From: Veleropilina oligotropha
Lineage: Eukaryota
DNA: 64,000 bases
Direction of reading: 5' to 3'
NCBI GenBank assembly: GCA_048128005.1
Contig: JBEUKZ010000117.1
Span: 62,001-126,000 of the forward strand
Shown: in pieces, positions 42,584-55,724 of the stretch
Layout of the letters: each line of letters begins with the position of its first letter
Numbering within the stretch: position 1 is the stretch's first letter
Program-made: the position numbers and the translations under genes
The notes under the pieces: generated by a model
What the model was told of the DNA's origin: nothing
The model's input: only the letters and a program-made list of their open reading frames with translations
Databases searched by the model: none

Positions 42584-44830
42584 GTGGGGTTTAAGCTACT
42601 GGAATCACTTGGCAACCTATTCCTACTCGCGCTACTATTATTAATCATGATTGCGGGTGACATTATTCCACATCCTGGACCCACTACAAATCCGTGTGGT
42701 GTTTGTAATAAAGCTGTTCGTAGTAACCAACAAGCGATCCAATGTGACGACTGTGACATATGGTCACATAGAAAATGCTCACTGACTTCTAAAGCGGAAT
42801 TGTTGTTGTTGTTTTCGTGTTTTAGGCCCGCGTCCAACTTATCGTCGATTTAGCAGGCCATGTTCCTGTCCCTTTATCCAGGCTTAGGACTGGCTGCTCA
42901 CGTAGTCCATCGTTGCTAGCTACGGTCTTCGCAGGCGGGCAGCCGTTTTACGGCACAAGGGCGAGTGCTCTTACGTCCATTTCGGAGCTCGTCCCCCCGG
43001 GTCCAACCCTCTTCTTCCAAGCAGGGGATGCGGTTAGTTTTACGGCACGGACAGGGGAGTGCTCTTACGTCCATTTCGGAGCTCGTCCCCCGGAGTCCAA
43101 CCTTCCTCCTTTACACAGGCTTGGGACTGTCTACGTTGATGCAGGCGGAGTTTTGTGTCGTCTAAAGCGGAATATGTACGTCTCCCGAACTGTATTAACA
43201 AAAAATGGTCTTGTGGTGTATGCTCACTTCCCAAATTCAGTGAATCTTTCTTCGACTCTGGTGACAACAATGTCACAGCAAATGACGTGTCAAATCCAAA
43301 TTTTTCATTTCCCCATGCTGGATTCCAACCACAAGACCTCGGAAAAATTAAAAAAAGGACTAAAAATAGCTCATTTAAACATCAGAAGTTTATTACCGAA
43401 ACTCGACAACCTAAGAATTATTATGAAATCAGCAAATGTTCACATTTTGGCCATTAGTGAAACTTGGCTTGATATGTCTATTGATTGTAAAGAGCTTTAT
43501 ATCGATGGCTATCAATTGTATCGAACCGACAGAAATCGGCATGGGGGCGGAGTGTGTATGTACACGAGTCTCTTGATCACAACGTGGTGCCACACAACGA
43601 ACTGGAATCACACCCTATTGAGGATATTTTTGTGTCTATCAACTTGCCGCACAGGTTACCCATTATAGTTGGTTGTGTCTACCGCCCTCCAGACTCTAAA
43701 CCTGCATGTGTAAATAACTTGTCGACATTTCTTGAAGAACTACCAACCAAGTCGGAATTGATTTTAATCGGTGATTTTAACATTAACTTTATCGCACCTA
43801 GTTATAATAAACACTTTAAGTCATTTCTAACAAGATTATAACTCGAACAACTGATTAAAGATAATACAAGAGTCACAGCAAATAGCTCATCCCTCATCGA
43901 CAGAATTGCGTGAACATACCGGACAGAATTGTGCAATCTGGCAGCATCGGTCTTGGTCTAAGCAATCACAACATGGTGTTCTGTATACACAGAGTTACCG
44001 TGCAATCATCTCCTCCAGTTCAAGTAACATTCAGAACATACAAGAAGTTCTCTGAATCAGACTTTCATAGAGACTTATTGAACATGTCATGGTTACATGT
44101 GCTTAATGAAATTATGTTGATGTTGCTTGGTCAAAATTTTATGAGTCATTCCTTAATGTTTGTAACAAACATGCTCCTCTTACGACTAGACTAGTTCGCG
44201 GTGCTCACAAACCGTGGGTGACAGCAGATATCTGATCGGGACAAATGTCTCCACAATGCCCAAGTGAACAGTAATCCTGACAACTGGAGCCTGTACAAGC
44301 GTTTGCGTAATAAGGTAACTTCTTTAATATGCAAATGTAAATCTGATTACTGTCTACATCAAGTCGAAGATAACAAATCCAATCCTAAGCGGCTGTGGCA
44401 AATAATCAAATCACTGATGCCTGACAGCAAACCATCAAGCACAACAGTTCTAGATATTGAAGGTGATAAGATATCAGATAAAAAATGTAGTGCTAACCAA
44501 TTTAACGTGTTATTTTCAAACATTGGAGAAAAGTTAGCTTCTGCATTTGGCCATGTTCAGCCAGATATGCAAGCCTCAAACTTTGATATTCCCTCATTTA
44601 ACTTTATGGAAATACCATCTGAGCGGGTACTTAAAGAGTTGCACTCTCTCAGTAGGTCCAAATCCACTTGACTAGATAATATAGATGCAAAGCTACTGAA
44701 GTCAGCGGCTGGGTTTGGCCCTTTCTCTTCTTGTTATATGTCAATGATTTACCAAATTCCTGTACTCATAGCAAAGTATTTATGTATGCAGACGACACAG
44801 TCCTACTAGTATGTGGTGATACCTCAGACG
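42584..44830 (+). pseudogene. Decayed CR1/L2-type LINE ORF (PHD finger, AP endonuclease, internally deleted RT)
   Basis: CGVC..CDDC..WSHRKC PHD; HLNIRSL, ISETWL, GGGV, VYRPP, GDFNI endonuclease motifs; LLLYVNDL and MYADDT RT remnant; frameshifts. Confidence 0.82.
42801..43160 (-). mobile_element. Short non-autonomous retroposon (possibly RTE-related) nested in the LINE
   Basis: 13-bp TSD TCTAAAGCGGAAT at 42788-42800 and 43161-43173; (ACA)n tail on minus strand; internal duplication. Confidence 0.75.
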
Positions 44831-45279
44831 AAACGGCACTTTCTCTAACTGCTTTTAGTTCATAGTAATTAACTTAAAGCGAGGCCCAGACAAGTGTTGA
44901 ACACGTGCATGTCGCACAAAGTTTGAAACAAAATATCCAAAGTAATATGCAAATTAGCCAAGCCTATATTCGTGTTACAGTATAAAATTTAAAATGAAAC
45001 TACATCAGCAGAATTACGCGGCTTTTACGTAAGGTAGGCACATATAAAGACAAACTTTTTATATATAGTTGAGTTGGAGATATATGGTTATTATATTTTT
45101 GTTTGATAAATTTGCGTTCATGAAACACTTTGATATTTCGATGATGCATGGAGCAGCATTATATAATAACGGACATAAAGCCTTTTTAAATTGAATCCTG
45201 GATGATGCGGGGGATTCAGACTGACATATATATATATATACTGAGGCTGAACAGAAACCTATTACTGAGCATCTGTCTC

Positions 45280-46030
45280 AAGCATATCACGATAAAGTTG
45301 AACAGAATCGGAACGCTCTCTTCTCCATATTGGACTTGATCGTAACCCTTTCAAAAAGATGAATCTCGTTGAGAGGTCGATGGAACAAAGATTCACACGA
45401 AGAAGATAGCAACTTAACTTTTCGTTAAAGGGAAAGACATGGACAATAAATCATCGGCCACTCACATGAGTAACAGCCCACGTAACGCCAAGTACCTGTC
45501 AGCCCAAATTCAAAACGAACTCTTGGATTGTTTTGCCTATGTACTAAGGGGAGAAAATATAGCCCAAGCTATGGAAGTCGATTTTCAGCATATATATTGG
45601 CCGATGAATCAACTGACCAGAGCAAGGTTGAGCAACTTCCATTGTGCATCCGCTATATTCATAATAATAACAAGGATTCTTCTTTAGAAATTGCTGAAGG
45701 CTTAGTCGATATTCCCGAAACCAGTGCTGCGGTCATCACTTGGGCCATGATAACACAGCTAACCACCTGGAGAGTGGATTTAAAGAAGTGTAGAGGAAAG
45801 GGTTTTGACGGGGCGGCAACCGTGTCTGGGCATCGTTCAGGAGCGACCACCCGCATTCGAGAGACTTTACCACATTCCAAATATTTCACCCACTGCCGCT
45901 ACCACTGTCTTAATGTCAGAAGTCAGAAATTGTATGGATTCCTTTTAGGAGATGACGTTCTTCATCAGCTACTCAGCCAAACGGAAACATATTATGATGA
46001 CAGTATTTTCAGAAAAGGCTGTAGATGACG
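45280..46030 (+). pseudogene. Decayed hAT-family transposase
   Basis: NAKYLSAQIQNELL, ILADESTD...EQL.LCIRY, GFDGAATVSG, FTHCRYHCLN; frameshifted. Confidence 0.8.
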
Positions 46031-46078
46031 TCACTATGAACAGGAAGTGCTAGTCGCCGACAGAGTCTTCCCTTCTCC

Positions 46079-46651
46079 ATCAACATCACCCTTACTGACA
46101 GTGATGACGATAATGATAATACAATGTAGATCTAGGCGGATGGTGCATGTAAAATCGCTTTGATATGACGAACATCCAACCGACACTGTTGTTATTATAA
46201 CTCACTTTCAAATTGGTAAATATGCATTCATTGTATTTAATACTACTAAATATTAAATTAGCATTAACCAAGGGAGGTAACTCTTAAAATGTTCAATTTA
46301 AACTATATATATATTGTACTCTGTATGCATATGTGATGTTTGAGACTGTTGTGACTGTCCTGCACACGCTTCACGTCGGCATTGGATGGAAAAGAATGTG
46401 ATATCAAATGCATTAAGGCATGAATTACACCACGTGTACCACACAACCAACCATGTACCCTGGCGTGCACCTGCGGATCAATGATCCAAGATGACACAAT
46501 ACGTGAAAATCCATAATCCATCAACGTCACACTTACTGACAGTGGTGACGATACTGATAATACAATGTAGATAGGCGGATGGTGGATGCAAAATCACTTT
46601 GATATGACGAACATCCAACCGACACTGTAATTTGTTACTATAACACACTTT
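46079..46651. repeat. Pair of ~130-bp imperfect direct repeats (46079-46209 and 46520-46651)
   Basis: CTTACTGACAGTG...GATATGACGAACATCCAACCGACACTGT in both. Confidence 0.75.
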
Positions 46652-48859
46652 GTTCAGCCTGTTGCTTCTGACCTACCAACGACTGATGTCCAGATGCATG
46701 TTGCTTCTGTGGCTAGTACATCGGGTTACATTTGTTGCAGTGCGAGCTGCTTGGTGTTGCCTCAGTTCGGACTTCAAGAACTTGCGGAATGCCCGTCACC
46801 GCGTTACAGTATTAATGGGGATGGATTGTTCTGTAATCTGCAATAGATCTCTATATGTCCGGAGAACAACAGTGGAAGGCTAATGGAACTTATCTCTTCG
46901 TGTTGTCTAGTTCTACATCTAATATATGATACTGTCTCTTGATCTTCTCCTCCGACTCTGGTCATTCCAACATTTATAATGGACCGTTGTGTTATCCATG
47001 CTGGAATGCGATGGTATGAGATAACATCCCTGTGACAAGACGCTATCCGCTGGAGTCGTTGAGTTTACATCTCGCTACTGGATCACAAAGTCATAAGTAG
47101 TTTCTGGACAATTCATTTATATAGTCCATAACATGGTACAAATTACATAGGATACGAATTCTAACTACTCAAAATGAGCCCCGCCCGGGCGTGCTTTCTA
47201 GCTTGGAGCTAGCACGGGACTGAATTCATCAAATGCCCACTGAACCCAAATCATATATTATCACAAGGGCCACACCCCCTTCTATAAGCCAATCGACTAG
47301 CGTGCTTTGAATTTACCCACTAAACTTGAACTACCCTCATCGCTTAGCTTGCCCCATATTACATCATAACTTGTCCAACGTGGCAACAGTAACGCGTGGA
47401 AAATGACTCATAGTAAGCATCATTAATCTATTTCAATTATATAAACAAGTCAAACATGTCCACCCATGCCATCCTTATGTGATGTCAATTCTCGTTAACT
47501 TCTGCTAATTGTTATTGATAATATTAACAAGATTACATTGATCACCAGGTCACAGTCAATCACTCTATGGCATGGGCTCTTAGTGCAATTAGTCATAAAG
47601 TACGTTTTCCACATATAAAACAATACTAATTTACCATTCTTAAAGTTAACTCGTTAAGTAATTAGACATCATATTGTAACACATTTCACCATTTGTAATC
47701 AGATGGCTCGAAACACTACGCTATGGTGCAACATCCCCAACCTCGGCTAACGCCTCGGTTGTGATTTGTTGCGCCATCCCACCCTCGACTGATATTTCAA
47801 TATCTGGAACTCATTTTGGTGCTTGATTCTATTAATCTTACATTTGAATTGTAAAACCAGTTATGTATTACATTGCATTTATTTGATTTGTAGCCATTGT
47901 GAGTAACTATATCTGAATCTGTACCGTGGTAAAAGCGGGTTTACAACGCTAACAGTAGTTGCTGACCATTTGAAGGTTTCGATAATCAGATGCATTATGG
48001 AGACTGAGGTGCCGCAATATATCCATTGTCACGAACGGAGAGAATTGTCTTTTGAATTATTATTTAAACCAGTATTGAATTTCGTTTATTTGAATTGTAT
48101 TTATGTAGCCAGTGTGGTTAACCATTTTTGGACATGTACCCCGGTGAAGTCGGGATTAACGGGTACAACGCTAATGGTACTTCCTATACCATTATAATTT
48201 GATTATCGAACATCAGATATATTCGGGCGCCAATAGCTATTCAGCGCTGACCAAAGGCAGTGGCTTATATTATGTGTTTTACTGGAGTCTAGTGGACCCT
48301 AGACCTTCCGTCGGTTTACCAGCACCGTATTCACTCGATCGCGTTGTCCCCAGTTTCTCTATGAACCAGAAAGTATACATACTACACACTAGTTATGACA
48401 TGCATTAAGGCAACCAACCATACACATATGTATTAAATTTGTTTAACTTCATTTTTAAATTATGACGATATTAACATAAACGAGGAATATATATTCGAAA
48501 ATATTCATTCTCCTTCATCTTTATTGAGATATACAGTGCTTGCTTTCATTCAAATTTCAGAAACAGTTATTAATGGTCAAAATTTAAGGGGACTTGCTTT
48601 GAATAATCGCCTCCCCTGAGAGTCTCGTGAAAAAATAAACGCCCGTTTATTCAAGGAAATATGATACCATTATATTGGGAATTTCACATATTGTTTACGT
48701 AACTTTGCTTTCTTTTCTAAGGCATTTGGATTTGTTGGAACTTGTACCGGTACATGTTCGATCGTGTGATATTCCAAGAAAATAATTTTCGAAACGAAAC
48801 AGATCCATATATTTCCCAGAATATGTGCCAATATAAATACTAGTAAGCCTACGTACGTA

Positions 48860-49056
48860 CCGGTGAGTGTAGTTCTGTAATCATCTGCGCTGAAGTGACG
48901 GCTGCAAACGTAACTATGCTTCGGCGGAATCCATAGCTTCCCTTTGTCCACTCTCTTCACGGCAACTCTCAATTTAAATCGCATTTTCTTATCTTTTGGG
49001 TATGCGTGACTTAATAATGTGTTATAACAACCAGGCACGGAACAATATTAAGGCAT
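48860..49056 (-). pseudogene. THAP-domain remnant, probably from a DNA transposon
   Basis: MP*YCSVPGC...HAYPKD...WIP...VCSRHF..DD with an in-frame stop at codon 3. Confidence 0.7.
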
Positions 49057-49842
49057 ATTTTACGTATTAGTATATCGCGCGACACAGTAAAATTTAGCCG
49101 ATGCGGAAGCAGTTGTTAAGGACGCCAAATGCATGGTTACGTCATTGGAAAACCCTTATGACATCAAACCGACTGTGGCGCCCTCTATGACGGACAGTTT
49201 CATTGATGTGAACATGTCCATAACGACTTCTAAACATTTATTATTATTATAAATCCGTAATACGTAACATTATATTTGCAATAATAACAATGTTATATGG
49301 TGCTTTTCTTCAATTCTTCCATTTTTCGATAGCGGCCATTATTTAAATTTCCCCAAAAGCCTAGCGTAACCCAAATAAATTGATGTGAACATGTCTATAA
49401 ACACTTGTAATCATTTTTCGTTATTATTAATGCATAACACGCAACATTTTATATCGAATACAGCAAAATATGGTGCCTTTCTTGTAATACTCATTTTTCG
49501 ATGGCGGCCATTTTGAAAATGGCCCATACATTAATGCATAGCGATGCCCAAAATAATTGATGGGAATGTCTATTTTAATTCGTATGGATCCTATTAACAA
49601 ATGAGGAGGATCATGGTGAGTGCAGGACGTCGGTACCCGCCACATGGACTATACTCCCCTTACTCACAAGTCGATAAATTGGTTAAAATCACCCGTTTTG
49701 TAAAAATACAATTTTCTCAAAATACTCAAAGGTGCCAGAGTGGCATCCGCCTGTTTCTGAATCAAGGAACCATATATATTAAATAACTGCAATAAAACAT
49801 TTGGCACATAATAATGCAATGTCCATGTGTATTGCCCCCCGG

Positions 49843-50132
49843 AGCAGCAGGGGGGGGGGGTGACCATACCTTTTATGTGGGGGCGCGGCGAGGGAAATTA
49901 GGGCTCCCAGCACCTTTTCAGAATTAATATGGATCTCAACTCAGCAGCAGGGGGGGTGATTGGACTTTTTAGAATGGGAAAATACGGCTCCCAGCACTAT
50001 TTCAGAACTCAGTGTAGCTCGGACTAGTCAGCAGGGGAGTTTAGACTAGGGCCCCGGGGCGACCGTGGGGGCTCCCAGCACCCTTTCAGACCCGAGGGTA
50101 TATCGTGTATTACAAAAAAGTTACCGTGTGTA
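49843..50132 (+). repeat. Left terminal inverted repeat, copy 2
   Basis: Homologous to 10684-10971; terminal G run 11 instead of 7. Confidence 0.88.
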
Positions 50133-50501
50133 TAGAGCACATAGAGCCCCCAGGGACGGCCCACTACCCTCGCCGGCCCGGGCTCCTCAGTTATGAGAGC
50201 AGTAGCAGGGGGGGTGAGTTTGATTTCGTGCAACTCCCTTTCTACCGTCTTTGGTCTTCTTCTTATATATCGCTTGTTCACCATTGTCGAGTGCAACGAT
50301 CAAAACGTTATAGCCCCGGTTTAAGAGGTTTTTAACGCGCCTGAAGCTCCGTTCGCTGTACAGCGTAGGAATGTCTTCCTGCGGCATGTTGCTTTCAAGT
50401 ATAACTACACAACGTCTAACATGCCGGTTATTTCTCGCCGTGCACCGGGCTCGCTTTTAGACATACCCATATCACAGGATATACCCACTGCAAAGGATAC
50501 G

Positions 50502-50777
50502 ATGTGGGGAACGGACACCTGTCAATGGCTCACCATCAGCTCCACGGAGCTATGTGGTAAGAGATGTCTGAGCGAGTATTGCAAAGTCCACCTGGCTCGG
50601 CAACGGCGAAATGGCCGGGGCACAAAGCCCTGCATCAAATGCGGGAAGGGCGTCTTTAACCGGTTTACGCTGTGTAAGGGCTGTGGGTACCTGACTGCGA
50701 ACGTTAGGGATTGGCGACGAAAGAATCGAGCCTTCGAGAGAGAGTTTCTCCGTATGGCTGCAATTTACCACGCGTAA
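50502..50777 (+). CDS. Small Cys/His-rich putative zinc-binding protein, copy 2
   Basis: Homologue of 11350-11625. Confidence 0.7.
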   Translation: MWGTDTCQWLTISSTELCGKRCLSEYCKVHLARQRRNGRGTKPCIKCGKGVFNRFTLCKGCGYLTANVRDWRRKNRAFEREFLRMAAIYHA

Positions 50778-50824
50778 ATTTCATATTAGAGAACTGAAAT
50801 CCTAGTGTATACCCACCCAGCAAC

Positions 50825-53800
50825 ATGGATGACCTGCGCAATCTAGCGAAAGATTATGGGATTCCCGCTCGGTCGAAGCTCAAGAAGCACGACCTCATCA
50901 GGGCAATCGCCGGGGTCCGTGCTGCGGAGTTTCGGAGGAGACTCGAGCGGGCGATGAAGACTGGAAGGTTCCCGTCCATACGTGGAGATGTGGAGAACCC
51001 CCACAAAAGAGGCCGACGTGCTCGCGAGTTGCGGCAGATTAAGGACGAGGTCTACGCCGCCCTGCAGGCTCGTAAATACGAATCCCAGGCTGAGAAAACG
51101 CCCGGGATTCGACTGAAGCCACTTCGCGCCATCACGGATCGAATCGTCAAGCGGTCTCGGAAAGAGACCCTTGCCCATGCTATTGCTCGGAAGGGGCCCG
51201 ATCTTCTCATCTCCAAAACGCCCCGGACAGCCCAGGACTATCAGAAGGATCTTCTAGGGCAATTTACCACACCCGAGGGACAACGATTCATCGACCTGGA
51301 TGACCAGGTCCCTCCCCCAGTAAGGCTCCCAGCAAAAGAGCCATGGGTGGAACTCTTGAGCGACGCCAAAGACGAGTTTGAGGTCGATGGCGCCGCGGCG
51401 GCTTTCTCCACATGGAGGGTAGAAGTGGACATTAAGATCGCACCGGCCCTGGATGCCCGTATGACAGATGCAAGGGCGGCACAGCTCCTCACAGCCCTTC
51501 CAAAGGGCGAGTATGTCCTTAGAATAAAGTTCTTGCGTGAGTGGAGTGAGGGCGACTGGGTGGTCGAAGACAAGTTTGACCCGGTGAAAGCTGCGAGGAA
51601 GAAGGGCCAGGGTGTCTTTGAGATATCCCATGACACTAAGCCGGGTGCTATCACTGGGGTCGACAAAGTATATTACGAGAATGCCTACCCGGTCACTGCA
51701 GTCGTCTACGGCATCTATCCTCTCAGAGAACCAAACCCCGCCAATCTGGTTCCGATGAAGAACGGCGACCTCAACTGCGTTGCCCAACGAGTGGTTGAGC
51801 ACTTCGAAGGTGCCCTTAGAGGACACGGACTCACCCCGACAAGACGGCAGAAAATACTGGAGTGGGAAGAGCGAGTTCATGTAACAGGCGCCACTGTGGA
51901 TGATATATCCATCCTCGAGAGGATCCTCAAACGGGCGATCGTCTTGAGAGATATTGCCAGCGAGGACGTCTTCAACAGTGGAAAATACCAGGCCAGTATG
52001 TGGAAGTCCATAGAACTCATATGCCACAACGGCCACGCCTGGTCCAAAGACCTACACTTTCCGCAGTCTCGCGAGGTCCACCTGTATGAGGGCGATGTCT
52101 GGGAAGCTATCCGACAAGCCACACAGAATGAGCCATTAGCTGTCTGGCTCCTTGGCGGTACAGACCGACAGCTCAACGTGAACCAGTTCGTGCTTCAGGA
52201 CGGCCGCACGTACAGGACGAAAGATGATCACGAGAGACTCCAAGAAGCCTGTACAGCGCTGGGAAACGAGTCCCTAGCCGATCGAGCCTTTGGCGTGAAC
52301 CATGCAGCTAGCATTATAGCCAAAGAGAACAACGGCTGGAAACCCACCCCAGCGAGCCTGCTCGATGACATCCAGAAGGCTTGTGTAGAGCATGGCCATG
52401 GTGGCCTTTGGAATTCCATGGGCTATGATACGGGCGACATCTGCTGCATCGACATGAAAGCCTGCTACCCTGCAAGCTTTCTGGGGAAGGGCGAGGCTAA
52501 GCCCTATTTCGAAAGATTCGGACACCCACTCCACAGCATGACCCGGGTCGCAATTAACGGTCCTCTTCCCGAAGATATCGGCACCGGGTTTGCTGAGGTC
52601 GTGGAATGGGAGTTCGCACGAGAAATCCACCCCGTCATTGCCGCCTGGTTTGGAAAGCACTTTGCAGAGAATGGATGGGCACCCACCCCGCTGCTCACCT
52701 ACCTCGTAGAATCTGGACTGCTAAAAAGCCTCAAGATCCGAGAGGCCATCATTGCTTTCAAAAAGCAACTCGATGTCTGGCTTCCGGAGAATCGTGACCA
52801 GGGCTGCAGCCTTATCGGCAAATTCACCCAAGGCGCCAAGGCTGATGGCAAAAGATTGACTCGTAGACTGGTGACCGACCAGGGCGAGCTCGACTTCCTC
52901 GTAAGAGACACCCGCCAAAGCGGCACTCTGGTTGGCGCTCCGCAAAGGTGCCCCCTCGGTCACATCCTCACGTACTATGATGGCTCCCAGCCTCAGTACG
53001 CCCACCTGAGGGCATCTATGTTGGCCTACGCCCACATAAACCTCTTGAGCATGCTCCAGCGTTTCAGTGCAGCAGAAGCCGTCCGGGTAGCCACTGACAG
53101 CATCTACCTCAAGAAGGCCTCGTTGGAGAAGCTCGACGATGTCACGGTGTACGTTGCCCCCAAGCTCTGCGACTGTCGCAGCCAATCTTGCATCTCATGT
53201 CTGATCGCGGAGCCGTACCTTCCGCCAGTAGCACCAGCCCAGTGGCGTGACAAGGGCGAACAGCTGTATATGCCACAGGAACATGCCGCATATATGCCCA
53301 AGCCGGAGTACACGCAGGCCGAGAAGGACCTCCCGCCAAGCACCGCACCATGCTACAATGACACGCTGACCCACCATCGCCTGAGTTACCTCAACGGTGG
53401 AGGGGGCTGTGGCAAGACTACGAGAGCTATAGAGCTCTTTCGGGCGAGAAATCCCACGGTGTTCACGCCAACCCACCGCCTCGCTAAGGAGATGCGAAAA
53501 AGAGGTGTCAAAGCCCAGACCTACCACAGTTTCTTCCGATGGAGTGGCCAGAACGACTGGACACCTGATCGCATGGGTCAGAAGTTCATCCCCCGTGTCA
53601 TTATCTGGGACGAGGTCTGCACAGTTCCCCGGCATATCCTCGAGATGTTCTTGGACTGGCTGGGCCAGCACGAAGTTCAGGTTATCTGCTGTGGCGATCA
53701 AGGCCAGCCACCACCGATTACGGGCGAGATGCCACACGATTGGCTGCGACAGACCGCGGACTACTATGAAGAGATCGAAGTAGACTACAGGGCGAAAGAC

Positions 53801-54679
53801 GACCCTGCCCTCCAAGCCCTGAAAAGACGTATACGTCTCCAGCCCGACAAAATCCAGTGCGGGGAAATGCGTAAGACTCTCCCCAGCTGCCTTGGATGGG
53901 ATCGGTTCGTCAACACCTGGAGGCCAGGCGACCTAATCCTCACAAGCCGTCAGAAGGTCCGCGAACGGGCTCAAGAGCTGTTGCTCCAGAGGCACAAGGA
54001 GCACTTCCCAGACTCCCTGGTACCTATCCTGTACCACCCCAGGGACACCCGTAAGCAAAACATCATGGTAACGATTCCGGGCACCGACGAAAGAGAGGAG
54101 CTAGTTCTCAACGACGTCGTAGAGGTCACCATTGACGCCGCTGAGAGGGCTATTCAGACCCCGGATTGGCGCCTGGGCTATGCTCTCACCATCCATTCGA
54201 GCCAGGGTCTTACGATTCACGACCCACAGAAAGTCTGGATCATCGACGACTACCTTCAGTGGAGTAATCTCGCCTACCTAGCCGTGTCCCGGGTGGAGTA
54301 TTTGCATCAGCTCGAACGGGTAACCTGTCCTCCAGATGAGGGTTCTGAGGACAGGCCCCCCGATGCGCAAGCGCAGCAGAGCAAGCAGCAGCTCCGAAAA
54401 ACCATCCAGAGGAAGCTCGTGGCATACAAACGCCAGGACCAGGCCAAGGGACTCCAGGGATTTAACCTCAAGGTCGAGGACATCCTGCAGCTCAAAGAAG
54501 CCCAAAACAACCGATGCGCAGCATGCGACATAGAGCTGCTCTGGGCATATGCCCCGAAGGACACACAGCAGTTCAGTGTTGACCGTGTGGACAACAGCAT
54601 GGGCCACATCCGCGACAACGTGCGCTTAACCTGCCTCGAATGTAACCGAACAAGAGGGGCTGCTGCTGTCAACGTTTGA
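50825..54679 (+). CDS. Multidomain replicase (vOTU-like, PolB, SF1 helicase, HNH), copy 2 (1284 aa)
   Basis: All motifs of 11673-15509 retained in an intact frame. Confidence 0.85.
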   Translation: MDDLRNLAKDYGIPARSKLKKHDLIRAIAGVRAAEFRRRLERAMKTGRFPSIRGDVENPHKRGRRARELRQIKDEVYAALQARKYESQAEKTPGIRLKPLRAITDRIVKRSRKETLAHAIARKGPDLLISKTPRTAQDYQKDLLGQFTTPEGQRFIDLDDQVPPPVRLPAKEPWVELLSDAKDEFEVDGAAAAFSTWRVEVDIKIAPALDARMTDARAAQLLTALPKGEYVLRIKFLREWSEGDWVVEDKFDPVKAARKKGQGVFEISHDTKPGAITGVDKVYYENAYPVTAVVYGIYPLREPNPANLVPMKNGDLNCVAQRVVEHFEGALRGHGLTPTRRQKILEWEERVHVTGATVDDISILERILKRAIVLRDIASEDVFNSGKYQASMWKSIELICHNGHAWSKDLHFPQSREVHLYEGDVWEAIRQATQNEPLAVWLLGGTDRQLNVNQFVLQDGRTYRTKDDHERLQEACTALGNESLADRAFGVNHAASIIAKENNGWKPTPASLLDDIQKACVEHGHGGLWNSMGYDTGDICCIDMKACYPASFLGKGEAKPYFERFGHPLHSMTRVAINGPLPEDIGTGFAEVVEWEFAREIHPVIAAWFGKHFAENGWAPTPLLTYLVESGLLKSLKIREAIIAFKKQLDVWLPENRDQGCSLIGKFTQGAKADGKRLTRRLVTDQGELDFLVRDTRQSGTLVGAPQRCPLGHILTYYDGSQPQYAHLRASMLAYAHINLLSMLQRFSAAEAVRVATDSIYLKKASLEKLDDVTVYVAPKLCDCRSQSCISCLIAEPYLPPVAPAQWRDKGEQLYMPQEHAAYMPKPEYTQAEKDLPPSTAPCYNDTLTHHRLSYLNGGGGCGKTTRAIELFRARNPTVFTPTHRLAKEMRKRGVKAQTYHSFFRWSGQNDWTPDRMGQKFIPRVIIWDEVCTVPRHILEMFLDWLGQHEVQVICCGDQGQPPPITGEMPHDWLRQTADYYEEIEVDYRAKDDPALQALKRRIRLQPDKIQCGEMRKTLPSCLGWDRFVNTWRPGDLILTSRQKVRERAQELLLQRHKEHFPDSLVPILYHPRDTRKQNIMVTIPGTDEREELVLNDVVEVTIDAAERAIQTPDWRLGYALTIHSSQGLTIHDPQKVWIIDDYLQWSNLAYLAVSRVEYLHQLERVTCPPDEGSEDRPPDAQAQQSKQQLRKTIQRKLVAYKRQDQAKGLQGFNLKVEDILQLKEAQNNRCAACDIELLWAYAPKDTQQFSVDRVDNSMGHIRDNVRLTCLECNRTRGAAAVNV

Positions 54680-55724
54680 GAACTCCAACCGGCGGCAGCT
54701 GGGTGTCACGAGGCACCACGAGAAGTTCCTCACGAACAAACCCACGCGGTGGTCCATCGAGCAAGTAGTAGAGCACAGGCTCGTCAGATTTAGTGACAGA
54801 GCGTCCAAGCCTGTGAACTTTTAGAGACCACACCGGGTCAGTGGCACGGCGACTACCCCCCTCCAGCTCACCATCGTAGTAAAGGTAACGAACACCAACG
54901 CCTGAGGGGAGTTTCTGTTCCTTCCCCTGTCGGCCTGGAACAGTGGAAGAGGGATTTTGTACAACGCGAGGCGCCTTGATGGCGTCCTTGGGCTTTTTAC
55001 CGGTGAGGCGGGTCACTTCCCCATTCAAGGCCGCAACAACGGCGGGCAGCCTGGCCACCCACTCAGTCGACCTTTGACCCTCTTTTGCAGTCCCTGAGAA
55101 ACGCATCTCTTTTGCATACTGGTGCCCGAAGAGCCGCTCAGCGAGCGTCCGGTTGAAGCGCTCCACGATCCCTTGGTCGCGATGGATATCCACACGGCCA
55201 CGCCTAACCTCGACGTTATTTGTCGCCAGCAGCTGGGACACCGTGCCCATAAACTCCCTCCCTGGGTCGACTTGAAGCAGTTTCGGCCAGCTAAGAGGAC
55301 TCCGCCTGTAGATTCGAGACAGAGCTTCAGCAACCCCTTTGGCCTCTTTTGTGGCCAGAGGCTCAGCCTCTTTGTAGCGTGACGCCACGTCAACAACCGT
55401 CAGCGCATACTTGTAGCTCCGTTGCTTTCGTGCCAAGCCCACTGTGTCATGGGGCAGAAACAGGAGGTCGGCCTGGTGAACCTCATTCGGCGTTACGACG
55501 TCGAATTTTGGTCTTGGAATCCGCTGTGGCGCAGGTAAATAGATTTGCCAGATGGCCTGCTTCTTCAGCCAATCCCGGGCCACGTCTTCAGAGACATCTA
55601 CTGCGGCCGAGAGATGTTTTATCGCGGCGATCCCTTTCCAGTAGCCTCGGGGGCTATAGTAGCTATTCGCAAGCTTCCGGTCGAGTTCTTTAGCCATCAG
55701 GGGCTTCTGTCTCTTCGACGACAT
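54669..55724 (-). CDS. rve/DDE integrase, copy 2
   Basis: HQADLL, QVDPGREF, IVERFNRTL. Confidence 0.92.
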   Translation of the reverse strand: MSSKRQKPLMAKELDRKLANSYYSPRGYWKGIAAIKHLSAAVDVSEDVARDWLKKQAIWQIYLPAPQRIPRPKFDVVTPNEVHQADLLFLPHDTVGLARKQRSYKYALTVVDVASRYKEAEPLATKEAKGVAEALSRIYRRSPLSWPKLLQVDPGREFMGTVSQLLATNNVEVRRGRVDIHRDQGIVERFNRTLAERLFGHQYAKEMRFSGTAKEGQRSTEWVARLPAVVAALNGEVTRLTGKKPKDAIKAPRVVQNPSSTVPGRQGKEQKLPSGVGVRYLYYDGELEGGSRRATDPVWSLKVHRLGRSVTKSDEPVLYYLLDGPPRGFVREELLVVPRDTQLPPVGVLKR

